From assembly GCA_002269645.1 (NCBI GenBank), contig NIVC01000571.1, forward strand, positions 1 to 64,000: a stretch of 64,000 nucleotides of DNA. Direction: 5' to 3'. Numbering within the stretch: the first letter of the stretch is position 1; every line of letters starts with the position of its first letter. This stretch comes from Macrostomum lignano. Its lineage: Eukaryota. Made by a program: the position numbers and the translations under genes. Shown here one piece after another: positions 1 through 10,286 of this stretch. Under the pieces are notes generated by a model. That model saw nothing but the letters and a program-made list of their open reading frames with translations. It had not been told where the DNA came from and did no database searches.

Positions 1-195
1 CTCACAAAAGACTTGGAATTAAAACTTTGATTTTTACCGACACTCGGTACATTCTCGATACAACTCGCGTCTTCCTTTTCCTTCCTTTTATTTGCTAACT
101 GCCCTTTATTATACAGCACTTTGTAGTCTAGGCTCTCTTAGCCATAGACAAGTTTTCGTGGCATACGAAGCCACTAACATAGGCGTTGGGTGCGA

Positions 196-324
196 CTGCA
201 GATCCCCATTAGCTCATAGGGATGCTGGGCTTAGCTGCAGATCCCCATCAGCTCATAGGGATGCTGGGCTTAGGCTGCAGATCCCCATCAGCTCATAGGG
301 ATGCTGGGCTTAGCTGCAGATCCC
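196..324. repeat. Short tandem array, ~39-bp unit (GCAGATCCCCATCAGCTCATAGGGATGCTGGGCTTAGCT), ~3.3 copies
   Basis: Direct reading: GCAGATCCC recurs at ~198, 237, 276 and 316. Confidence 0.9.
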
Positions 325-367
325 GATGTGGGCCCTAAACTCTAAAAATCCACCCGGCCAAACCCAC

Positions 368-1203
368 CTGCAGGTCGTCGATCTCGTCCCACTCCACCCT
401 CCGCCAGTGCCGCCTCCCGCCCTGACCGCCGCAACCTGCGGCCTCCGCCTCGGCAGTCGAAGCCTCCGCAGCAGCGGCGGCGCCAAAAGTTTCAAGCCGC
501 CGGCGTGCCAGCCTCGCCAGGAGGTCGAGCCGGCCAGCGGTCTCGCTGGTCTCCGCAGCCGCGGCTGCCGCTTCGCAGCCTTCGGCCAGCAGGCGGAGCT
601 CGCGAAACTCCGGCGGCAGGCGAAGCAGCTCCTGGAACGGCTCGGCAAGCCAAGCATTCAGCGTCACCAGCAGCGCCGCGCGCAGCCGCTCCGAGTTCAC
701 CCGGCCGCTGCTGCCGTTGCGGAGCCTGGGAGAAAAATCCACCGATGTACTACTACTGATTTGAATAATAAGTATTCAGCATATAACGTATTGAGTCTTG
801 ACCACTTGCAGCACATGAGCAAACTCACTTGTCAAATACGATCTGCAGCAGCTCCTCGGTGCTAGCAAAAGCCGGATAGGTGGTGAGCAGAATGTTCATG
901 TGCAGGCAGTCCACCTTGTCCTCCAGGTGGTCCGGTGGCGCCAGGCCTTCCACGATGGCCTCAAGAGAGCCGGCCATGAAAATGCAGGCTCGATCTTCTG
1001 GAGGCTGTTCCAGCTGTCGATGCTGTGGTGTTTATTTGGGTAGCTTAATATTTGGGTAATGTATAGGGCATAATGATATAGTTGGGCTACAGATACTATG
1101 TACTGCTTACCAGAGAACCAGTTGCAGAAACAAACTGCTTTTTCATCTTCATAGTGTAGACAGCATAGCCCTCTTCCACAATTTCTGTTGGTGGAGAGTC
1201 TTC
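368..1203 (-). CDS. RGL1: RalGDS/RGL-like Ras-family GEF, partial: exons 1203-1111, 1022-829 and 749(752/755)-368. The gene continues beyond the left window edge and its 5' exons are unresolved.
   Basis: Manual splice with consistent phases 0/2/0 gives EDSPPTEIVEEGYAVYTMKMKK...CIFMAGSLEAIVEGL...MNILLTTYPAFASTEELLQIVFD...LLVTLNAWLAEPFQELLRLPPEFRELRLL. This matches, from memory, the RGL1/RalGDS N-terminus (EEVEEGAVYHVTLKR) and REM domain (KAGTLEKLVE..FLSTYRGFAST..WLDQ..EDF..PP.F). The symbol is family-level, not a strict orthology call. Confidence 0.8.
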
Positions 1204-3165
1204 CTAGAAAAAGCATTGTTTAATTAATCAAAAGTAACAAATAAAATTGCTTTCTTAACCACAGAGCATGAAATTGTATATTGTTGCTCTAAAGAATAAT
1301 ATGAATTATGAGTACAAATTAGAAAATATTTTTAAATAAGTTTCTTTAAAATTTTATTATCCCTGCTTATATGTATTAGAAATATCAAATTGTGTCAAAT
1401 AAATGCAGTAAAAGTATTTAATATTAGCTTTAAAAAGTAGGAATACTGAAATCAAAAGTAAAAAACAAGTAAAAGCTGCCTTGTTGGAATTCGACTGCTC
1501 GAACTATATTCTCAGAACCTGCTGCATTATATTTGAAAAAAATAAATTAATTGTTGCAATAGCTGAAGTGAAATAATACTAGTAGCAGAATGCATTTTTA
1601 AGCATAGAATTTCAATCTTTTAAAAAGCTTAGACTTCTTTCGAAACGAAAACCCTGTCTGTTTTTTGGAAAGAATCAGACAGAAAATAACAATAGCTTAC
1701 AAGATCCACATAAAATTTTGACTCGAAGATGCTGAAAGTGACATATTAAGAATTTGAGAAAATTATTGTAACTTAAAGGAGTCACCAGAAGAAACCAAAA
1801 ACCGACTTAATAAGGTTCCATATCAACCAAAAAGGAGGAAGCTTGGTAATCTTCTGGCATTTTCTCCGAAACTTAGGAAGAGATCATGTTTCTAGTATAA
1901 TTCCTGTATTTCTGATCCGTACCAGCCAATTTAAAATTTGGATCAAAAATTTGTTTTAGAAAGTAAGCCAACAACAGTTATTTATATATATAACGGTCAA
2001 TTAACTGCAGGATTGCGCCTTAGCAAAAATTGGTAATAAAGTTAAAAAACTATTTTGTTAAACTGTGCTAAAAGCCGTAAAGACTTTACCTTAGTTTTAC
2101 CAATAGTCTTTTAGACACAAATTTTAGACACTTTAAGAGTTTTTAATCAGTATCGATCACATTAGCAAGAAAAAAGCTGTCAAAAATACTCTCTGCATCT
2201 TGATGACCAAGAATGTATTTCCACTTGATTCCGATCCAATGAGTTACAGCTTAATTACCTTCAGGACAAGCTGTTCTCGGTCCGATCGTGTACCCAGCAG
2301 AATTATAAACGGAAAAGACTTCTGGGCTTACCAGATACTAGAAATAGTATAGTATACTATACTATATAGTACCACATTTAGCACTACCAGACAGTTTTAA
2401 CCATGAACAGTTCACAATGTACACTATGTGTGCAAGGAATACATACATGTAGTTCGAGGTTTACGCAAAAATTGATAGAGTTGTTTCTAAAACTCTGAAT
2501 ACTCGTAATGTTATGTTGTATTATTTTTATTTTCACATGCAAGAGCTCCAGTGAGAATATCAAGCTATACTATATGTATGTTCAAATTTCATACAGACTA
2601 GTCAGATGTTCATATTTTTAATGCTCAAATGTTACGATCCCGGAGGTTTTACTCGTACAGACACAATTTGTACTTGAAGTATTACGAATAAAACTAGAAC
2701 TTAAAGCCGACAAAGAAAATCGGCTGTAAAGTTAAAAAGAATTTTTTATAATAAAACCGTGAAAATGACAAAGCAAATTAGCTTTTGGAATAGTGGAACA
2801 GGTGTTACAAATACATTAATGGCTCACTGATGCCTCGTTTATTTAATTATAGTCATAAAAATGCAGACAGCACAACAGCAACAATTGCCTTGTAACACTC
2901 CTTAATAAAATTGGATCCGAGGAACTTGTACAATTGGCTACAATTGTGGCTAACTTATTCTTCCGAGTCTCAGCATGGATGACACGCCAGAGCAACAAAC
3001 AACAAACTAGGGAGCGGGGGAAAAATCGGAACAGATAGGATTGAGGGCCGCGATACGCTTAGCAACAAACACAAGGCCAGTTCTAGCGATACTCGTTATT
3101 ATTACGTGTCTGCAGCTATACGAGCTAAAAGTACAAATAAAATAGGTTACGCAGCTCAGGTCAAC

Positions 3166-5827
3166 TCAGGTCACGGACTTCTGCCCGCTGGCATCCATTT
3201 TGGCCCGCTTCTTGTTGATGGCGTCTTCAACGGCCTTCAGCTGCTCCAACAGCTGCTCCTTGCGAGACAGCGCCGTGGAGGACCGCTTCTTGCCAGAGGC
3301 CTCCGTGCCGGAATCTTTGCTGGGCGTTGGACGCGACGGCCGCGGCTCCCGAGAGTCGTGTGTCCGGGCTGCGGGTGGCAGAGGCAAAAACGAACGGGTT
3401 TGAGTAAGTTAAAAAATCGTGTCTAATGCCTGGCTGAACTGCTTCAATTACATGATTTATTATACATTATTCTCATCACCCAGGCCATTATTATCACATG
3501 ATTGTTAGCTTGCAGAGACGCAAGTAGTCATTATCTATTCCCAGAGCAGGCACACAGGGTGTACGGCACAGACTTTCTTTCCGTTAGGCCTGTACATACT
3601 CTGTGAGGTTCGCCCTATGGGTGAGAGTTGCACGCCAAATATTTGTGCACGAGATCAAAGTTGTACGAGTCAGGCTCACTACTAAGATTCTGCATCACTA
3701 CTAAGCTAAAGAAAACAGGCCAATTTAGAGTTTAGCAAAGCCCGGACAAGGCGGGGGTCTCACATTTTCTAGACTCGCTTGGCTCCGCAGGCCGCTGGCG
3801 CTTCCCCGCCTCAGCCACCTCAGAGGAGCTCGGCCGGCGCTTCCGTTGCTGCTCTAGCGGCGGCCTCCTTTGATCTGGCGGTGGCCTCCTTTGATCTGGC
3901 GGTGGCACAGCGGTCGATGACGGAGGCGGCGGCGGAAGGACAGCGTGCGAGCGGAGCTTCCCGCCCACGTGGCCAGCAATGGCGGGCGGTTGGCCGTCGG
4001 CATGCGGCGTTGCCGGCTTCTGCTTCTGACGCCGCTGCTCGCCGTCGCTGTTCTCTGCAGAGGACGACGAGGAATCAGCGGAGCTGGACGAGGAGCCGCC
4101 AGATGAAGACGACGATGACGAGGACGAGGATGAGCTAGAAGACGCAGAGCTGGCCGAGTCCGTGCGGCGGCGTGACGGTGGCATCGGCCGTTCTGCGCCG
4201 TCAGTTGCTGCAGCCGTCTCAGCGGCATTGCCGACGGCGCCGTCTCTGTAGGCAGCCGGCAGCGGGCGACGCTCTGGTTGAGCCGACGCGGGCGGCGGCG
4301 GCCGTTCTTTCCAGCGTTGCGGGCCGCGGCCCCGCTCGGAGGAGGCCGCCGACGAGGAGGAAGAGGAGGAGCCGGAGGAGGAGGAAGAGGAGGACGAGGA
4401 GCGGCGGGAGCGCGAGGACGAGGAGGAGCCGCTGCTGGAGTCCGAGGAGGCGCCCTGGCGACGCCGGCGCTGCTGAGCGGCGCGGTTGCGGTCCCAGGGG
4501 TCCACCCAGGCCGCTGGTCCTCCGCCAGAGTCTCCTGGAGGCCGCGGACGACCACGCCGTTGCCAGCCAGACTCCGGCGGTGGGCCGGTGCCGTCGTGAC
4601 CGTCACCGTTCTCACCGCGGCGGTGTCGCCTGTGCGGTGGCTGCTGCGGCTGGCGGTGGTGGCGGCCACCGGTCGGCGCTCCTGAAGCAGCGGCATCCGG
4701 GCCGCCAGATGCTTCAGCGCGGGCGCTGGCGGCAGCAGCGGCGGCTTCTCGCTGCCGCTTCTCCATTTCACGGCGCCACCGCCGGGTCTCCTGGACTTCG
4801 CGGAACACGTCTCTATAGTACTCGATGTCCTCCTCCTGCGGAAGCGGGTCGTGAAAGCGGGCAATAAGATCGATCTTATAAAAATGAAGGTCAGCAACTC
4901 TGGCCAGCAGTATTAATTCAGCTCCTTGCACTTCTACAGTTTGCCTATAGGTGCGGCTGTTTTTGACACAGATCCAGCGAAATGGGGCCTCACCTTCTCC
5001 TCAGCAGCTGCCAGTGCAGCGGCAGCACCGGCAGCGGCCTCGGCTGCGGCAGAGTCCCCGTTGTCCTCACCGACATCGTCGATGTCTCTGGGTAGGAAGC
5101 GTTTCCGCTTGAGGTCCTCGGCAGCGGCCTGGTAGTACTCACAGAACATGGGCTCCGGCTCCGGCCGGGCCACCAGTGCGGTCGGCAGGCGCGGCGCGGG
5201 CTTCTTTTTTGAGGCTGGCGGCGCCTTCTGCTGCGGAGGCTGCGGAGGAGCCGGCGGCGGTGGTGCCGGCTTCGGCTTCGGTGTCAAGGTGGTGGCGGCC
5301 GACAGCTGCTTGGCCAGGGCTTCATCTCTGGCTGCCGGCAGGTTCAGCTTCTTCTCCTTGAAGGCCTCCGCCTCCATGGCACGCCGCTCCTGCGCCTTGG
5401 CGCGGCGCTCGCGAGCAATGCGCAGCGCCTTCTCCCATGGTGTCTCCGGCTTCGAGGCCTCTGCCGACTCGGCCGTCGCAGCAGCGTCTGCGGCCACCGG
5501 CGCCACCTCCTCCTCCTCCACCGCGGCGGCAGCCGAGGCAGCAGCAGCAGCGGCGGCGGCCGCCTCGTCCTCAGACAGCACCTCGCCCTCCTCGAAGTCC
5601 TTGGAGCCGTCACCGCGGACTTCGCCTTCCTCGTCGCTGGTGCGAACTTCGCCATCGCTGACGCTCGAGTCGGACGCCTCGCCGTCGTCTTCCGCGACTT
5701 GGACAGCCGCTGGCGCCGCTTGCGGAGCCTCCCGGGGCACGTCATCGACAAAGTCCAGCTGCTCTTCTTCATCGTCGCCGTCTGGGGGATGCCCGGCCGC
5801 AGCCTGGGCGAGCGTTGGCAAGGACAT
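3166..5827 (-). CDS. ZC3H18: ZC3H18-like nuclear RNA-surveillance adaptor, join(5827-4994, 4874-3764, 3368-3166), ~715 aa if Met 5827 is the start
   Basis: Phase-consistent introns (GTGAGG..TTTTATAAG, phase 0; GTGAGA..CCCGCAG, phase 1). Motifs resemble human ZC3H18 in the same order: acidic EEGEV repeats, ETPWEKALRIARE (cf. ESAWERGLRHAKE), WVDPWDR (cf. WKDPWRR), Ser-rich tracts, and C-terminal SRKEQLLEQLKAVEDAINKKRAKM (cf. SRREELLKQLKAVEDAIARKRAKI). Confidence 0.8.
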
Positions 5828-6435
5828 TGGCGGGCTGGGAGCGGCAGGTAGCTGCGGTGCAGTTCGAAATGCATTACTTGTGTTTAGGTCAGGTTAAGTC
5901 AGAAAGCAACACAGTCCTACTCGAGCACACATTCAATTTAATTGAAGGCATAAAAATTCACTGATCTACAGATTACTATCGATTGATCATATACATGGGT
6001 TCTGATTATGTATCCAGTATTTTTTTACATTAAAATGCCAAAATGATCTGACACTTTATGGATAAAAATTGAATTCTTTATTAAATATAAATTTATAATA
6101 AATGAATAGTTCTATAAAAGTATTCTACCAGGTTGTCTAGAAGGTTATTGCACTTTGCCTTTGGTTTAATAACTTTTGCTGGGTAAAAATAGAAATTTTT
6201 AGATCTTAAATAAAAAGTTATTAATCTAATAAATACTAAGATAGTATAAGATCTCAAATGAACTTTTATGGGTAGGTCTAACAAACTAAATACTTTAATA
6301 AAAAATCTATATTTATTTAGATTAATTGTATGTTCAAGAATTTATAACTACACTTTTTTAGGTTTTTATTGTTCTTAATAAGTTGATCCTATTCAACCCT
6401 TGAGACGATAGTAAGACAAAATAGACCATTATAAT

Positions 6436-6701
6436 CATACATGCGCAACCCCCCTGATTTACACTGGCCATGCGACTTACTTTTTGACCAAAAATGCGAC
6501 TTACCTGTGAAAGAAACCCTAACGCAATTTTGGGTAAACGGCAGGAGTAACTATGACTGTCTTATAAGGGCTAAATGCCTCGTCATCTAATTAGTACTAC
6601 GTCTGTATTCTATAGGCTGGGCATTTTTGCGACTTACCCCTGGTCCACCACAATTTACGGTGGCCAGATCGGCCAGGTCGGCCAGCAGTTGCGCATGTAT
6701 G
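6436..6701 (+). mobile_element. hAT-type MITE, 266 bp, containing a 28S rRNA-derived segment (6532-6595)
   Basis: 14-bp TIR CATACATGCGCAAC...GTTGCGCATGTATG, perfect 8-bp TSD ATTATAAT (6428-6435 / 6702-6709), three subterminal TGCGACTTAC motifs. A second copy lies at 30604-30887. Confidence 0.9.
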
Positions 6702-7799
6702 ATTATAATGATATTTAGGTAAATGTTATTTACTTTTAAACCAAAAAATTATTTTATCAATTTAAAATATTGATAGAAATAAACAACATAACATTAAAAA
6801 TTTAATAATACTTTTTATCAAATAGGTATACTATCAAGATTTTTTTCTTCTATAACCTAGAAGAAAAAAATATTTAATAAAAAAATTATACTTTCATTTC
6901 TCTAAAGAAAATATGGACCTAAAATTATTTATCAAATGATATCTTAAGAAAAATGCTAAAAAACTTGATTTTGCTTAAAAAGATTTAAAATGTGCATAGG
7001 GACCCTATAGTCAAGAAGGTAGCCTTTGCCAAGGAAACTAGTATATGCATATATAAAGAGTATTTTAAAACAAAATCAATACTTATATATTAAATTTCTA
7101 CAAGTACATATATAAGTGTCACTATATAGATTAGGGCCATGGTTAGGAAGATGGCATATACCAGAATAATTTTTGAACAATCTATGTGCCATTAAAAAGT
7201 TTTTAAACCCTTCCTTAAATTTTTAATGAAGGAATTTGAGATTTCTTGTGTTAAAAAATGTCAAAATATTATCTTGAATCTTATTTAGTCAAGATCTTGT
7301 GACACTTCTAATAATATTTAGACTTGCTTAGGGCCTATATTGCTATATAATATATATACCATAAATTTTAAATTGAACAATAGAATATTAACAAAAATTT
7401 TATTGCAAGCTATGTCTATATTTTAAAATAAAGTTAATAAAAATGAAAGAGACAAAATTGATAAAATTAGCTTTTTAAATTATACTACATTGCATTAACA
7501 AACTAAAGCAATTTTTAATTGCAATTAAGGCAAATTAATTTAGTTTATTTAGTTTTTGATTTAGGCCTTAGTCTAATTAATATACTGTAGCAAACAAGTG
7601 CAAGTGCACCTAAAAATAGCCATTTAGGATAGGTGCCCCTGCACCCACCTCTCATCACGCCACATCTATGTACCACTAACCCTAGAGAGGAGTTTATCCA
7701 CCTACCTTGATCTACATAGGAGTTAGGTTGATTAACTAATAGGTTGGCCTATTTAACCTGATTGTGTGGACACACTTGTAATAACTTTTTGCTTTTTGC

Positions 7800-7996
7800 C
7801 AGTTGTGCAACCAGAATTTTTTTTAGGGGGGAAGGGCAGATTTTGGAGGGTAAAGTCCCTAGATGGGAGGCAGAGGGGTGGCTCTGTTTATGGCAAAAAT
7901 TCACTTGGTCCCCCTTTGATTTTTATTTGGGTCTCCAATCTCCATCTAACATTCTAAGGGGGGCAACCACCTCCCACCCCCCTGATTGTGCCACTG
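7800..7996. mobile_element. Degenerate hAT-like MITE
   Basis: Imperfect TIR CAGTTGTGCAACCAG / CTGATTGTGCCACTG; flanks CTTTTTGC / CTCTCTGC (6/8 match). Confidence 0.5.
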
Positions 7997-8801
7997 CTCT
8001 CTGCAAATACAATTTTAAGTCTGCAGGCAGTAGCCAGTAGTTATTGCCTACTTTAATAATAATAAAAAATGTTTATCCATTATTAATAGATGAAGGAAAT
8101 AGACAGTGATGACATCCAAATCCCATACCTGGGACCTTAGTGTACTATATGATTATATGCCTAGTCAATTATTACATTATCAATAGGGACCCTTATATGC
8201 TAGAATTTTCTATGGCAAAGGCTAGGCCTGCCCTACCTTATGCCTATGCATAGGCATAATAATTCTGTAATTTCTAACAGAATTAGAAAGTAGATAAGTA
8301 AATAAGTAAATAAAAACCAGGCAACTGAGCTATTTTGAAGTCATGGCAGTATGTGAATGTGTTAGGGCACAGAAACAACACACAGATGGCATTGGCATAC
8401 AGTACAGATTGTCCTCCTAAATTTGTTTTCTAATGCATACTATGCCACTTTAAATATGGTCAGGAATAGACCTACCAGGCTTTTTTCTAATGCCAATAAA
8501 ACTACTACAAAATGACTGAAATCGTGCTCATACTCATAGGAATAGATAGCAAATAGTTAAAGCGTTCATTGAAGGCTGAAGCCCCTACCCTACCTAGGCT
8601 AGTCTAAATAATTAGTTAAGGCTTCCACAGATTCTAAATTATTACAGTTGGATTTTTGGTAATGCAAAGCAAAATTTACAGCAAATAGATTTTTAAATTA
8701 GCTTTCCCAGTAACAACTCGAGCGCCTTTATAGGATATTCAAATCTTATGAATTAATGGCTGATTCGAATTTCGTGAAAAAAACTCGTCTACTAACACTT
8801 A

Positions 8802-9137
8802 TGTAATAGTGCTCAATTTGCGTGCGCGTGCACTTCTAGTGTTTTCTCCGTATTTCTTTCTGCGTCACCCCACCCCTGCGTATAGCCTTTTCTAGAAATT
8901 TCTTTTTGTTTCTGATTGGCTGAAAACGCGTGAATAACGAGCCCCAACCAATAGAGTGCTTAGTGCCTACCCTATCGACGAAATCCGATTGGTTAGGATT
9001 TTCTAAGCTGCGTTTTTCACCCTGCCCTCCCCCATCTCGGTCAGTCTATTTAATCAAGCAAGCTGGAACGCAAATAAATCAAGTTTTCTCTGACTAAAGA
9101 AGTCCCGGCAGCCCAAACTCAAGAATACGCGGCTACA
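8802..9137 (+). repeat. 5' LTR, 336 bp
   Basis: TGTAATAG...GGCTACA, identical to 14698-15033 by eye. Confidence 0.95.
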
Positions 9138-9161
9138 TTGGCGACCACGCCAGTTTTCCAC

Positions 9162-10286
9162 ATGTGGAATAACGACGACTACCTGGAACTACGTGGACGT
9201 CTCGTCGAGCGACGGCGCAACGCAGGCGACGAGGCAGCTTCCGTTTCTACAGAGTCTACGAACGCGTCCAACCCCTTCGTGTCGATGTCCACAGTCAGCG
9301 AAGCCACAAATCCCTTCCTCGTTGCCAACGACCTTCAGAGGGCACACCCGGCGGAAGTCTCAACCAACCCGTTCCTTGAAGACATCGACCAAGCGTCAGG
9401 GCAGGCCTCAGCAATTCAGCAGTACGCCTATCCTCCAGCTCATGGATACGCAGCGCTGCCAGACTACAATCCCGGACCGGCTCTTCCGCCAGTACCTAAG
9501 CCTGCACCGTACAACGGTCGGGAGGATTTCGACGACTTTCTCATCAGGATCAGCGCCTATATTAGCCGGTTCCCAGGCATTCGAGACGCCGACAAGATCA
9601 ACACCCTGACTGCGTTCCTCGGACCGGCCTTTGCAACGTACACCACCTGGCTGGCGATCCAGTGTGCCTACGTCGGACTGCCACCGGGGACAACCCTGGA
9701 CCAGCTACCTGGTGTCCGCTATGAGGGCCTCGTTGAACACCTCCGGTCTCGTCACGGCGGGGCCAAGAGTGCAGCGCTACTTCGCCGCGAGTTCCGTGCT
9801 CGGCAGCGTCGACCAGAGGAGAGCTTCGAAACGTACCTGACGGAGCTTCAACGGCTAGCTGCAAGGGCATACCCGGACCCAAGAGCTCAGGCTTACGTCC
9901 AACAGACAGTTAGCGAGCAGTTCATGCATGGTCTCAATGACGGCTACGTCACCGAGCGACTACTGAATCAACCAACACCACCAAGCACGGTGGAGCAGGT
10001 TCTACGAATAGCCCAGCAGCTTCGAGAAACCCGGGCCTACATGGATGCTGGCCGTGGCGAAATCCAGCCCCAGCAACCGAGACCACCACAGAGCCAAATT
10101 TCAGCGCCACCGAAACCACTAATGCCTCAGCAGCCTGCCTCATCTGGCGGTCGAGGACAGCAACGACAGCAATCACCGGCTAGTTCCAACTGTTTCGGCT
10201 GCGGTCAGCCGGGCCACATCCGACGCAATTGCCCAAACGCCGAGGGGGCTGGTTCACGAGGCCAGCACCGGCCCTCTCAGCACTAA
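9162..10286 (+). CDS. gag: Gypsy Gag with CCHC zinc knuckle
   Basis: Open ORF from ATG 9162 just after the PBS, with a capsid-like region and CFGCGQPGHIRRNC. Confidence 0.9.
   Translation: MWNNDDYLELRGRLVERRRNAGDEAASVSTESTNASNPFVSMSTVSEATNPFLVANDLQRAHPAEVSTNPFLEDIDQASGQASAIQQYAYPPAHGYAALPDYNPGPALPPVPKPAPYNGREDFDDFLIRISAYISRFPGIRDADKINTLTAFLGPAFATYTTWLAIQCAYVGLPPGTTLDQLPGVRYEGLVEHLRSRHGGAKSAALLRREFRARQRRPEESFETYLTELQRLAARAYPDPRAQAYVQQTVSEQFMHGLNDGYVTERLLNQPTPPSTVEQVLRIAQQLRETRAYMDAGRGEIQPQQPRPPQSQISAPPKPLMPQQPASSGGRGQQRQQSPASSNCFGCGQPGHIRRNCPNAEGAGSRGQHRPSQH

Noticed and set aside
1204-3006. Candidate micro-exons (~1700-1731, ~2258-2320) for the RasGEF 5' end
   Set aside because: Phases could not be reconciled with confidence without transcript data.
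3779-5897. Plus-strand ORFs overlapping ZC3H18-like exons (and similar antisense ORFs over other GC-rich exons)
   Set aside because: Shadow ORFs caused by high GC3 codon usage; no motifs.
6532-6595. 28S rRNA gene or rDNA unit
   Set aside because: Similarity is limited to ~64 bp inside a TIR/TSD-bounded element, so it is reported as a captured fragment, not an rRNA gene.
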